From: an uncultured Actinomycetes bacterium | Lineage (GTDB): Bacteria > Actinomycetota > Thermoleophilia > UBA2241 | Assembly (NCBI GenBank): GCA_963725665.1 | Contig: CAVRZA010000004.1 | Coordinates: forward strand, 512,001-576,000 | Direction: 5' to 3' | DNA: 64,000 bases | Shown: positions 8,926-18,642 of the stretch, in pieces | How positions within the stretch are numbered: position 1 is the first letter of the stretch | How the letters are laid out: each line of letters starts with the position of its first letter | Made by a program: the position numbers and the translations under genes | The notes under the pieces: generated by a model | The model's database searches: none | The model's input: the letters and a program-made list of their open reading frames with translations, nothing else | What the model was told of the DNA's origin: nothing

Positions 8926-11471
8926 ATGGAACGACGCTACAAGCCTCAGGAGATCGAGTCGAAGTGGCAGCGCGCGTGGCGCGAGCGCGACGCCTTCCGC
9001 ACGCCCGAGACCGCCGACAAGCCGAAGTACTACTGCCTTGACTTCTTCCCCTATCCGTCCGGCGAAGGCCTCTCAGTGGGTCACTGCCGCAACTACGTGC
9101 CCACCGACGCCGTCTCGCGCTTCATGCGCCTGACGGGCCACAACGTCCTCCACCCCATGGGCTGGGATGCCTTCGGGCTGCCGGCCGAGAACTACGCCAT
9201 CAAGCGCAGCGTGAACCCGCAGGTGACGACCGAGCAGAACATCGCCACCTACAAGCGCCAGATGGACCTGCTCGGCCTCTCCTACGACTGGTCGCGCGAG
9301 ATCAGCTCGATCGACCCCGATTACTACCGCTGGACGCAGTGGTTCTTCCTGCTCATGTTCGAGCGCGGGCTGGCCTACCGCGCCCTGGGCTCGCAGTGGT
9401 GGTGTCCGGTCGACAAGACGATCCTGGCCAACGAGCAGGTGGTCGCCGGGCGCTGCTGGCGCTGCGGCAGCGAGGTCACCAAGGTCGACCTCGAGCAGTG
9501 GTTCCTCAGGATCACCGATTACGCGCAGCGGCTGCTCGACGACCTGGCGATCATCGACTGGCCGGAGCAGATCAAGCTCATGCAGGCCAACTGGATCGGG
9601 CGCAGCGAGGGCGCCGAGGTCGATTTCGCGATACCGGGCCAAGACGAGCCGATCACGGTGTTCACGACCCGTCCCGACACGCTCTTCGGCGCTACCTACA
9701 TGGTGCTGGCGCCCGAGCACCCGCTGGTGGCGCAGTTGACGACTCCCGAGCGGCGCGCGGCGGTGGCGGAGTACCAGGCGCGCGCGCGCCGCGAGAGCGA
9801 GATCGAGCGCCTCTCCACCGAGAAGGAGAAGACCGGCGTCTTCATCGGCGCCTACGCCGTGAACCCGGTCAACGACGAGGAGATCCCCATCTGGATCTCG
9901 GACTACGTGCTCATGACCTACGGCACCGGCGCCATCATGGCCGTGCCGGGGCACGATGAGCGCGACTTCCAGTTCGCCACCGAAGTACGGCCTGCCCATC
10001 GTCGAGGTGATCGCGCCGCCCACCGGCGCGCAGGGCACGCTCAGCGAGGCCTACACGGGCGACGGGATCATGGTCAACTCCGGTCGGTTCGACGGTCTGC
10101 CGGCGCCCGGCGAGGCGTTCGCGGTCATCGTGGCCTGGCTGGGCGAGCGCGGCCTGGCGCGCAAGAAGGTCAACTTCAAGGTTGCGCGACTGGCTCATCA
10201 GCCGCCAGCGTTACTGGGGCGTGCCGATCCCTATCGTGTACTGCGGATCGTGCGGCATCGTGCCCGTCCCGGTCGAGCAGTTGCCGGTGCTCCTGCCCGA
10301 CCTGGAGGACTTCAAGCCGACCGACGACGGCCGCTCGCCGCTGGCGCGGGACGAGGAGTGGGTGCGCACGACCTGCCCGCGCTGCGGTGCCGAGGCGAGG
10401 CGTGAGACCGACACCATGGACACGTTCGTCGACTCCTCCTGGTATCACTTCCGCTTCCCCTCGCCGCACTACGACGGCGGCCCGTTCGAGCGCGGCGAGG
10501 TCGGCTACTGGCTGCCCGTCGATATGTACGTCGGCGGGGCCGAGCACGCGGTCATGCACCTGCTCTACGCGCGTTTCTTCTGCAAGGTGGCGCAGGACGC
10601 CGGCCTGGTCGACTTCGGCGAGCCCTACGCGCGCCTGCGCAACCAGGGCATGGTGCTCGCCGAGGACAACCAGAAGATGAGCAAGTCGAAGGGCAACGTG
10701 ATCACCCCCGACAGCGTGGTCGAGAAGTACGGCGCCGACAGCCTGCGCGTCTACGAGCTCTTCATCGCCCCCTTCGAGCAGGCGGTGGCCTGGAACGACC
10801 GCGGCGTGCAGGGCTGCCACCGCTTCATGGCGCGCTACTGGAACCTGGCCCTCGACGTGCACGAGGCGTTCTCCGGGCAGGGTTCGGCGCCGGCGGGCGC
10901 CGGCGCCGGCGCGGCGCAGCCGGCCGCCGGCGCTCAGAGGGGCGGGAGCGACGGTGCGGGCGCGGCCGCGGAACGCGGCCGCGCCCTGGTGCGCTCCCTG
11001 CACAAGACGATCCGCAAGGTCACCGGCGACATGGAGGGCTTCCGCTTCAACACCGCCGTCTCGGCTCTGATGGAGCTGCAGAACGAGGCGCTCGACGTGT
11101 GGGGCGGGGCGCGCGACGGGCTCAACGACGAGCAGTGGCGCGAGTACGTGGCCACGTTCACGGTGCTGGTCTCACCGATGGCTCCGCACCTCGCCGAGGA
11201 GGTCTGGCACGCGCTCGGCCTGGGGGGATCCGTGGTCGACCAGTCGTGGCCCGGCTGGGACGAGGGCCTCGCCGCCGACGAGGTGGTCACGGTGGTCGTT
11301 CAGGTCAACGGCAAGCTGCGCGACCGCCTCGAGGTGGCCGTCGACGCCGACAAGGACGAGGTGCTCGCCGCCGCGCGCGAAATGCAGAACACGGGGCGCT
11401 TCCTCGCGGGCAAGCAGGTCCTCAAGGAGGTCTACGTGCCCGGCAAGCTGGTGAACTTCGTCGTCAGGTAG
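8926..11471 (+). CDS. leuS: Leucine--tRNA ligase, split by two +1 frameshifts (~9981, ~10181; probably sequence errors)
   Basis: [24 protein letters not shown], editing domain FTTRPDT and [33 protein letters not shown]-terminal VQVNGKLR...[10 protein letters not shown]; spans ORFs 8545, 9956 and 10182. Confidence 0.95.
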
Positions 11472-11475
11472 CGAA

Positions 11476-11548
11476 TCGCCCGCCGGCGGCGCCGTCGCGG
11501 GTCGCCCGCCGGCGGTGCGGTCGCGGCTCGCCCGCCGGCGGCGCGGTC
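11476..11548. repeat. About 2.8 copies of a 26-bp tandem repeat with palindromic core CCGCCGGCGG
   Basis: TCGCCCGCCGGCGGCGCCGTCGCGGG / TCGCCCGCCGGCGGTGCGGTCGCGGC / TCGCCCGCCGGCGGCGCGGTC between convergent leuS and the permease. Confidence 0.8.
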
Positions 11549-11551
11549 TTC

Positions 11552-12358
11552 CTACAGCTCCTTCCGCGCAAAGACGCGCACGGCCGCGTACAGGAACGCT
11601 CCGGCCAGCACGAGCGTGGTCGCGACCGGCCAGGCGAGGGCGACGTCGCGTCCCTTCAGCAGCGCATCGCTGGCGGCGATGATGCCGGCGGGCGAGTGGT
11701 CGCGGATGACGGGAAAGCCGGTCAGCACGACCAAAGAGACGTACACGCCGATGCCGGCGCCGGCGGCCGGCGCCTGACCCTTCATGGCGGCCGACAGGAA
11801 GAGCATGAGCAGCATGAACATCGCTCCTAGCACCAGCCAGAGAGCGACCGAGGCGATGAACGCGGCGATGTGTCTGCTGTCGAAGATGGCCGTCGTGACC
11901 AGGATGCAGACCAGCGTCCCCAGGGCGGTGGCCACGACCAGCAGGGCGAGCTGTGACGCCGCCTTGGCGAGGATGAAGCCGGCGCGCGAGAGGGGCTTGG
12001 TGAGCACCAGGACGATGGTGCCGGAGCGCCGCTCCGAGGCCACGATCGCCGCCCCGGCGATGATGATGGCCAGTAAGGCCACCTGGTCGAGGTTGCCCAG
12101 GAACTGCAGGTAGGAGTCGCGCGACGTCGGGTTCGGCAGCTTGATGACCACGCCCGGCTGTGAGCGCTCGGTGGCGCGCAGGAGCGCCGGCGTGACCGCC
12201 GTGAGCACGGGCGTTCCCAAGCCGAGGAGGAGGACCATGATGCCCGGCAGCACCCAGAGCCGCCAGGTGCGTCGCGTCTCGAGGAACTCCTTGCCGAGGA
12301 AGGCGCGGAAGCCTCGCGTTGAAGGAGCCGCCATGGCGGTCTGCGCGGCCTGACTCAC
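11552..12358 (-). CDS. ABC-2 type exporter permease (YxlG-like)
   Basis: GTGA overlap with the ATPase stop; FLGKEFLETRRT, ASERRSGTIVLVLTKPLSRAGFILAK; about 6 TM helices. Confidence 0.88.
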   Translation of the reverse strand: MSQAAQTAMAAPSTRGFRAFLGKEFLETRRTWRLWVLPGIMVLLLGLGTPVLTAVTPALLRATERSQPGVVIKLPNPTSRDSYLQFLGNLDQVALLAIIIAGAAIVASERRSGTIVLVLTKPLSRAGFILAKAASQLALLVVATALGTLVCILVTTAIFDSRHIAAFIASVALWLVLGAMFMLLMLFLSAAMKGQAPAAGAGIGVYVSLVVLTGFPVIRDHSPAGIIAASDALLKGRDVALAWPVATTLVLAGAFLYAAVRVFARKEL

Positions 12359-13308
12359 CGACCGCCTCCCGCGACGAGGTCGACGAAGACCTCCTCGAGC
12401 GAGACCTCGGCGGCGTCGAGGCGGCGCAGGGCAAGGCCCTGCGCCGCGACGACGCCCGGCAGCTCTATGAAGGCCGTCTCGAGATCGGTGACGTCGATGT
12501 TCAGCTCGCGACCGTCGCGGCTCGCCTCCTTGACCCAGGGCGCCGCCGCCAGCGCGGCCGCGAGCCGCGCCGGGTCGTCGACCTCGACCGACACCACGTG
12601 GCTGCCGCCGTGCCGCGTCTTGAGCTCGTCGATGCCGGCCTGGGCCACCACGCGCCCCCGGTCGAGGATGGCCACGCGGTCGCAGACGCGCTCCACGTCG
12701 GAGAGGATGTGCGTCGAGAAGAACACCGTCGTGCGGCCCGCCAGCGACGAGACCATGTCGAGCACCTCGCGCCGCCCGATGGGATCGAGGGCGCTGGTGG
12801 GCTCGTCGAGCATGAGCAGGCGCGGCGCGTTGATGAGCGCCTGGGCGACCCCCAGCCGCTGCTTCATGCCGCGCGAGTAGCCGCCGATGCGCGCGTCGAC
12901 GCCCTGCAGGCCGGCGAGGTCGAGCAGGGCGTCGACGCGCTCGCGCAGCACGCGCTCGGGCAGGCCGAAGAGCCCTCCGGCCAGATCCAGGAACTCCCGC
13001 GCCGTCATCCACGGGTAGAAGCCCGGCACGTCGGGCAGGAAGCCGATCACGGCGCGCACCTCGTTCGTGGCCGCGACCACGTCTCGGCCGAGCACCTTCG
13101 CCGCCCCCGAGGTCGGTCGCGCCAGGCCGGCAAGGATGCGCAGCGTCGTCGTCTTGCCGGCACCGTTGGGTCCCAGAAAGCCGTAGACCGAGCCTTCGGG
13201 GATCGTCAGGTCGACGCTGTCGAGGGCGCGCGTCGAGCCGTAGACCTTAGTCAGGTTCCTGATCTCGATCGCCGCGGCGGCGCCCGCGGCGGCTTTGGCT
13301 TCAGTCAC
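12355..13308 (-). CDS. ABC transporter ATP-binding protein (YxlF-like)
   Basis: Walker A GPNGAGKTT, signature YSRGMKQR, Walker B LMLDEPT, switch STH. Confidence 0.95.
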   Translation of the reverse strand: MTEAKAAAGAAAAIEIRNLTKVYGSTRALDSVDLTIPEGSVYGFLGPNGAGKTTTLRILAGLARPTSGAAKVLGRDVVAATNEVRAVIGFLPDVPGFYPWMTAREFLDLAGGLFGLPERVLRERVDALLDLAGLQGVDARIGGYSRGMKQRLGVAQALINAPRLLMLDEPTSALDPIGRREVLDMVSSLAGRTTVFFSTHILSDVERVCDRVAILDRGRVVAQAGIDELKTRHGGSHVVSVEVDDPARLAAALAAAPWVKEASRDGRELNIDVTDLETAFIELPGVVAAQGLALRRLDAAEVSLEEVFVDLVAGGGR

Positions 13309-13684
13309 GGGACGGTCCGTCGTCGGGCGGTTGCTGTTCGTCGTCGAGCGGCTTCCGCCCGCCGTCGGGCGGCTGCTGCGCGCCGGGGCCGTAGAGCAGG
13401 TCAGCGGCGTGGCTTGCGCGGTCGGTCGTGGGCGTCTGGTCCGCCTCCTTCTCGGCCACCGGCGGCTGCTCTCGACCGATGGCGAAATAGATGATCGGTC
13501 CGATGATCCCGAAGAGGATCACGATCACGATCCAGATCCATTTCTGCCCCCAGAGGACGGCCGGGCGCTGCACGATGTCGAGGATCGCCCAGACCATGAG
13601 GATGAGCTCGACGATGACGAGCAGGCCGACCGCGATGGCGACGCCTGTAGAGAGTCCGAAGATGTCGCCCGCGGGCAGGTGCAT
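13301..13684 (-). CDS. PLDc_N / YxlE-like small membrane protein
   Basis: LILMVWAILDIVQRP...KWIWIVIVILFGIIGPIIYFAIGR followed by an acidic Pro-rich tail; SD GAGAGG. Confidence 0.85.
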   Translation of the reverse strand: MHLPAGDIFGLSTGVAIAVGLLVIVELILMVWAILDIVQRPAVLWGQKWIWIVIVILFGIIGPIIYFAIGREQPPVAEKEADQTPTTDRASHAADLLYGPGAQQPPDGGRKPLDDEQQPPDDGPSRD

Positions 13685-13819
13685 GTCGCCTCTCTCCCTC
13701 GATAGTTGACAGCGCGCCGCTTTGGTGTCGCTGAGGGCAATCCTGGCGGCGGCTGCCGTGCGATCGCAAGCCTAGCGCGGCGTCCCTCGTCGAGTCGAGC
13801 CGGCGGTACGCCGCTGCCA

Positions 13820-13861
13820 CACTGCGCGGTCAACCCGGTGGAGCCACTGCGCGGTCAACCC
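13820..13861. repeat. 17-bp perfect direct repeat (25-bp period) in a divergent intergenic region
   Basis: CACTGCGCGGTCAACCC at 13820-13836 and 13845-13861. Confidence 0.8.
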
Positions 13862-13978
13862 CGCATATTGGCCTCGGCGGACGATGCCCGGCCTTCGCCG
13901 GAGTGCTACGGTCGGATCGTCCCTGCGCTCACGCCCCGGCTCGCCGTTTCGCGAGCCCTTCGAAACCCGGAGGTCCTT

Positions 13979-14629
13979 GTGCATCCGACCCGTCGCCAGC
14001 TCATCGCCTACGCCGTCCTCGCTGCGGTCGTGACTGCTGTGGGTGTCCGCTACCTGGCTTCGGCTGGGCACGCCGGGCAGACGGCGGTCGAGCTCACGGC
14101 GGCAATCGCGTCCCCTTCTGCGTCCCCGACAACGGCCGCGTCTGCGGCGCCGCTCGTCGTCTACGCGTGCGGCGCCGTGAACCACCCCGGCGTCTACGAG
14201 TTGCCCGCCGGGGCGCGCGTCGCCGACGTCCTCGCCTTGGCCATGCCGGTCGGCAAGGCAGACCTCGCCTCCATCAACCTAGCGGCCCGTCTCACCGACG
14301 GCCAGCAGGTCGTCGTGCCGCTCAAGGGGGCGGTCGCCCAGTCCGCGGCTGGGAGCGTCGGCGGTCCGGCGGCCTCCGGTGGCGCCGTCGCCGCGGGCGC
14401 CGCGGGCGCCACGACCGGCTCCGGCGCCTCTCAGTCGGCTCCCGTCAGCCTCAACACAGCCACGCTCGAGCAGCTCGACGCGCTGCAGGGTGTCGGCCCG
14501 GTGACGGCGCAGAAGATCATCGACTACCGCACCGCCAACGGCGGCTTCAAGAGCGTCGACGAGCTCAAGAACGTGTCCGGCATCGGCGACGTGCGCTTCG
14601 CCGCCCTCAAGGACTACGTGACCCTGTGA
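13979..14629 (+). CDS. comEA: Competence DNA receptor ComEA
   Basis: SD GGAGGT then GTG; TM helix; SLBB domain VVYACGAVNHPGVYELPAGARVAD; HhH domain VSLNTATLEQLDALQGVGP..AQKII.YR...F.SVDEL.NVSGIG. Confidence 0.93.
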   Translation: MHPTRRQLIAYAVLAAVVTAVGVRYLASAGHAGQTAVELTAAIASPSASPTTAASAAPLVVYACGAVNHPGVYELPAGARVADVLALAMPVGKADLASINLAARLTDGQQVVVPLKGAVAQSAAGSVGGPAASGGAVAAGAAGATTGSGASQSAPVSLNTATLEQLDALQGVGPVTAQKIIDYRTANGGFKSVDELKNVSGIGDVRFAALKDYVTL

Positions 14630-14631
14630 TG

Positions 14632-14674
14632 GCGGCGGGGCGGCGCGGCCCTTCAGGTCGCGCCGCCCCGCCGC
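14632..14674 (+). terminator. Terminator/attenuator-like hairpin between comEA and comEC
   Basis: 19-bp stem with one G:T pair, GCGGCGGGGCGGCGCGGCC-CTTCA-GGTCGCGCCGCCCCGCCGC, followed by TCTGT. Confidence 0.6.
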
Positions 14675-14737
14675 TCTGTCGCGTTTCGCGGGCGCCGCTT
14701 GCCCGTGCCCGTGGTCAACCGTATCGCCCCAGGAGTC

Positions 14738-17114
14738 ATGCCCCGCTTCGCACCCGCGCACGTCGTTCTCGCCGCCTACACGGCCGGGCTCTGCATGTGC
14801 CTGGCGCGCTGGCCGCTGACGATCGCGCTGCTTGCGGTCGCGCTGCCGACCGTGGTCCTCGGCGCGATCCTGATGGCCTGCCGCCGGCGACGCGCCGTGC
14901 GCCTCGCGGCCCTGGCCGGGCTGCTCTTGGCCGCCGGCCTGTTGGTCGGCGCGGGGCGGCTCGCCGTGGTGCGGCAGAGCGTACTGCGGCCGCTGCTGTA
15001 CGAGTCGGTCCCGGTGCGCGTGACGGTGCTCGACCTGCCGCGCGGCGATGAGCGCCGCGTGCAGGTGATGGTGCAGGTCACCAGCGTGGCGGGACGACGG
15101 GTGGCCGAGCGCGCTGAGCTCGAGCTCAAGCGGGGCGACGGCGACCCGCCCGGCATCGCGGCGGCGCTCGTCGAAGGCACGATGCTCGAGATCCCACGGA
15201 CCCGTCTCGAGCCGCTGCCCGAGCCCAAGCGCGGCGCCTTCGACTACGCGCGCTACCTCGAGCGGCGCGGCGAGCACGTGGTGCTCGCCGCGCCGCTCTC
15301 CTCGGCGCGCGTGGTCGGGCGCCGCGAGCGGCATCACCGGGCTCATCGATCGCCTGCGTCTGGCGGCACGCGAGCGGCTCAACGCGGGTCTCTCGCCGCC
15401 CGTGGGCCCGGTGCTGCAAGGCATGGTCCTGGGCGACGATGAGGCGGTCGACGAAGGGGCGATCGAAGACTTCCGGCGCAGCGGCCTGCTGCACATCCTG
15501 GCCGTCTCGGGCGAGAACGTCGTTTTGCTCTGTTCGATGTGGTCCTTCGCCTTGCTGCTCCTGGGCGTCCCGCGCACCGCTCGCCTGGTGATCCTGTTGC
15601 CGATCATCGCGGCCTACGTGGTGGTGACGGGCGCCTCGCCCTCGATCATGCGCGCCGGTGTGGCCGGCTGCATCACCTGCCTGGCGGCGCTGGTCTCGCG
15701 TCCCAGCGACGGCTGGCTGCTGTGGCTCATGCCGGCGGCGGCCCTGCTGACCCTCAACCCGTACACCCTGCTCGACGTGAGCTTCCAGCTCTCGTTCGCG
15801 GCCGTGGCCGGGCTACTCCTGTGGTCGCGCCGCTTCACCGAGGGCTTGCGCTTCTTGCCCGGCCCGCTGGCCGAGCAGGTCGGGGTGACCTCGGCCGCCA
15901 GTCTCGCGACGGCTCCGGTGTCGCTGGCCACCTTCGGCCAGGCCTCACTGGTGGCTGTGCCGGCCAACGTCGCCGGCGGCTTCGCCCTTGGTCCCATCAT
16001 GTTCCTGGGCATGATCTCGATGGTGGTGGGTCTTCTCGTGCCCCCGCTCTCGGTCCCCGTCAACCTGCTCAACGGACTCTGCATCGCCTTCCTGCTGCAG
16101 GTGGCGGCGTGGTTCGGCGACCTGTCGTTCGCCGTCTATGAGTGGCACGGTCCGACGCTGACGGTCATGCTGCTGGTCGGCGCGGCGGGCGAGGCGCTGG
16201 TGCTCCAGCGCCTCGCCCGCCGCGCCGGCCTCTCGCTGCGCGCGTTCGTCGATCGGCTCGTCCGCAGCGGGCGCGGTCGGGTGAGGCTCGCCGGCGGCAC
16301 CGCCTTCGTTGTGCTGCTGGTCGTCGTGGCGACCCCGCCTCCGCCGGCCGCGCCCGGCGTGGTGACGCTGAGCTTCCTCGACGTCGGAGAGGGCGCGGCC
16401 ACGCTCATACAGGTGCCGCGCGGCCCGACGATCCTCATCGACGCGGGGCCCGCTCCTCTCGGTGAGCAGCTGCGCGTCCATGGCGTGCGCCGCATCGACC
16501 TGCTCGTGCTCTCGCACGGGCACGCCGATCACATCGCCGGGCTGTCCGATATCGTCGGCAATCTGCCGATCGCGGCCGCTGTGCTCCCACGGCCGCCACG
16601 TCCCTCGCAAGCTCTCGACGAGCTGAGCGCGACGTTGCGAGATCACGGGTGCGCCGTGCGTCGCTGCACCTCACCGCTCAGTTTCGGTGCAGGGCTGCTG
16701 CGTCTCGAGGTGCTGCCGACGACGGCCCAGGAGTCCGAGAGCAACCAGTCCGAGAACGATCACGCTCTCGTCGTGGTCGCCCGGCTTGGTGGCCAGGGCG
16801 TGCTGCTCCCGGGCGACGCCGAGACACCGGCGCTGCGTCCGCTGAGCTTGCGTGGTCTGGCCTTCGTCGAGCTCCCCCACCACGGCAGCGCCGACGGCTT
16901 CGACGAGCGGCTACTGGGTGACTACCGGCCACTGTTGGGAGTCATCTCAGTGGGCGAGGACAACACCTACGGCCATCCGTCGCCGAGCATGCTGTCGTTG
17001 TTCGCCCAGGCGGGGATCCCCGTACTGCGCACCGACCAGGTGGGCGAGATCGATCTCGCTCTGGGGGCGCATGGCCTGGGGGTCGAGGTGGCGCGGCCGC
17101 CTCCGTCGCGGTAG
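14738..17114 (+). CDS. comEC: ComEC/Rec2 DNA uptake channel with metallo-beta-lactamase domain (+1 frameshift at ~15326)
   Basis: SD AGGAG then ATG 14738; GAFDYARYL, GLLHILAVSGENV, SPSIMRA, SFQLSF, FLDVGEG, SHGHADH, PHHGS, NTYGHP, RTD. Confidence 0.92.
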
Positions 17115-17194
17115 CGGCGCGCCACCTCGACCGCCGCCTCCTCGCTGCCCGCGCCCCGGCTCGTCGCATCGAGCTCGCTCCGGGCCACCCCGGG

Positions 17195-17203
17195 TGCTAT
17201 CCT
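17195..17203 (+). promoter_or_regulatory. Extended -10 promoter for a probably leaderless holA mRNA
   Basis: TGcTATCCT lies 7 nt before the ATG; no SD. Confidence 0.55.
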
Positions 17204-17210
17204 TCGGACG

Positions 17211-18179
17211 ATGGCCGACACCAAGCCGCTCGAACAGCTCTACCTGATCGCCGGCAGCGACACACCGAAGGTGCGCCGCGCCGTGGCGCGCCTGCGCAGG
17301 CGGGTGCACGACGAGACGGCGAGCGACCTCAACGTCTTCGTCTTCGACGGCCGCGTCGTCAGGGCGGCGACCGTTCTGGAGGAGGTGCAGACGCCGACGT
17401 TCGCCCTCGGCACGCGGCTGCTGCTGGTCTACGACGCCGACCGCTGGCCGGCGGCCGACCGCGACAAGCTCGCCGACTACCTTGCCGATCCGGCGCCGGA
17501 TACCTGCCTGACGCTCGTGGGCGGGTCCTTCAAGAAGACCGAGCGCCTCACCAAGCTGGCCGAGAAGCACAAGGCGGTGTTGCGCTACGACCTGCCGAAG
17601 CGCTACGAGCTGCCAGACTGGGTGCGAGAACGCGCCCAGGCCAGGAAGCTCCACCTGGGACGCCCCGAGGCGCAGCACCTGCTGGAGTGGGTGGGCAGCG
17701 ATCCTGAGTCGCTCGAGAGTGAGATCGAGAAGCTGGCCCTCTACTCACCGGGTGGGCACGTGAGCGTGGCCGACATCGACGAGGTGTGCGTGCAGAGCCT
17801 CGAGGCGTCGATCTTCCAGCTCATGGACGCGGTGGGCAAGCGCGACGCCCGCGGCGCCTTTCGCGCTCTCGAGATCCTCTACTCGCGGGGCGAGGATCAG
17901 TTCAGCGTCTTCTACATGCTCCTGCGCCACATCAGACAGCTACGCACGCTCACGGACCTGCCGTCGGAGACGCCGCCGGCGGAGGCGGCGCGCATCCTCG
18001 GCGTGGCGCCGTTCCGGGCGCAGAAGCTCGTCGAGCAGCGGGGCAACTTCGACCGCCGCGACCTCGGCCGGGGCCTCGTGGCGCTGGCCGACGCGGAGGG
18101 TCAGATGAAGGGCAAAGCGCAGTACGAGCCGAAGCTCGCGCTCGAGATGGCCCTGGCCCGTCTGATCAGCGGGAACTGA
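17211..18179 (+). CDS. holA: DNA polymerase III delta subunit
   Basis: YLIAGSD, TPTFALGTRLLLV, LESEIEKLALY, SIFQLMDAV; classic comEC-holA-rpsT synteny. Confidence 0.93.
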   Translation: MADTKPLEQLYLIAGSDTPKVRRAVARLRRRVHDETASDLNVFVFDGRVVRAATVLEEVQTPTFALGTRLLLVYDADRWPAADRDKLADYLADPAPDTCLTLVGGSFKKTERLTKLAEKHKAVLRYDLPKRYELPDWVRERAQARKLHLGRPEAQHLLEWVGSDPESLESEIEKLALYSPGGHVSVADIDEVCVQSLEASIFQLMDAVGKRDARGAFRALEILYSRGEDQFSVFYMLLRHIRQLRTLTDLPSETPPAEAARILGVAPFRAQKLVEQRGNFDRRDLGRGLVALADAEGQMKGKAQYEPKLALEMALARLISGN

Positions 18180-18197
18180 CGGGGAGGGCGGGAAGGC

Positions 18198-18461
18198 CTA
18201 CGAGAGGCGGGTGTAGACGCGCGCCACGCGGCTCTTCTTGCGCGCCGCGTTGTTCTTGTGGATCACGCCCTTGCTGGCGGCCTTGTCGATCTTCGCCGTC
18301 AGCTCGGTGAAGAGGCGGGTCGCGCCCTCGCGGTCCTGCTCATCGACGCTGGTCTGGAAGCGCTTGAAGAGCGTCTTGATCGACGACTTGTACTGGCGGT
18401 TGCGCAGGCGCTGCTTGGCCGCCAGCCGCATGCGCTTCTCCTGCTGCTTGATGTTGGGCAC
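18198..18461 (-). CDS. rpsT: 30S ribosomal protein S20
   Basis: (V)PNIKQQEKRMR...RNRQYKSSIKT...IDKAASKGVIHKNNAARKKSR. Confidence 0.97.
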   Translation of the reverse strand: MPNIKQQEKRMRLAAKQRLRNRQYKSSIKTLFKRFQTSVDEQDREGATRLFTELTAKIDKAASKGVIHKNNAARKKSRVARVYTRLS

Positions 18462-18519
18462 GTCGTTCCTAGGTCGGACTTTGCGCTGCTCGCAGGGCCG
18501 GGTGGCCTGCAAGCGCGAC

Positions 18520-18565
18520 ATGCTACCACAGCGCGAGGCCGAGCGGCAAGGCGGTCTGCTAGACT
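18520..18565. promoter_or_regulatory. Back-to-back extended -10 promoters for rpsT (-) and murJ (+)
   Basis: TGgTAGCAT on - (18520-18528) and TGcTAGACT on + (18557-18565). Confidence 0.5.
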
Positions 18566-18575
18566 GTGTCGCCGT

Positions 18576-18629
18576 GCGCCGCTCGCGCCACTCGCTTCTC
18601 TGAAAGAGATGGAGTGGCGCGAGCGGCGC
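18576..18629. repeat. 18-bp perfect inverted repeat in the murJ 5' region
   Basis: GCGCCGCTCGCGCCACTC...GAGTGGCGCGAGCGGCGC with additional inner TCTCT/AGAGA pairing. Confidence 0.8.
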
Positions 18630-18642
18630 GAATCTAAACGGG

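Noticed and set aside
8926-11471. leuS as a pseudogene or programmed frameshift
   Set aside because: Essential gene with motifs intact and no slippery heptamer; the same +1 pattern recurs in unrelated genes.
11476-11548. CRISPR array
   Set aside because: The units abut with no unique spacers, there are only three copies, and no cas genes are present.
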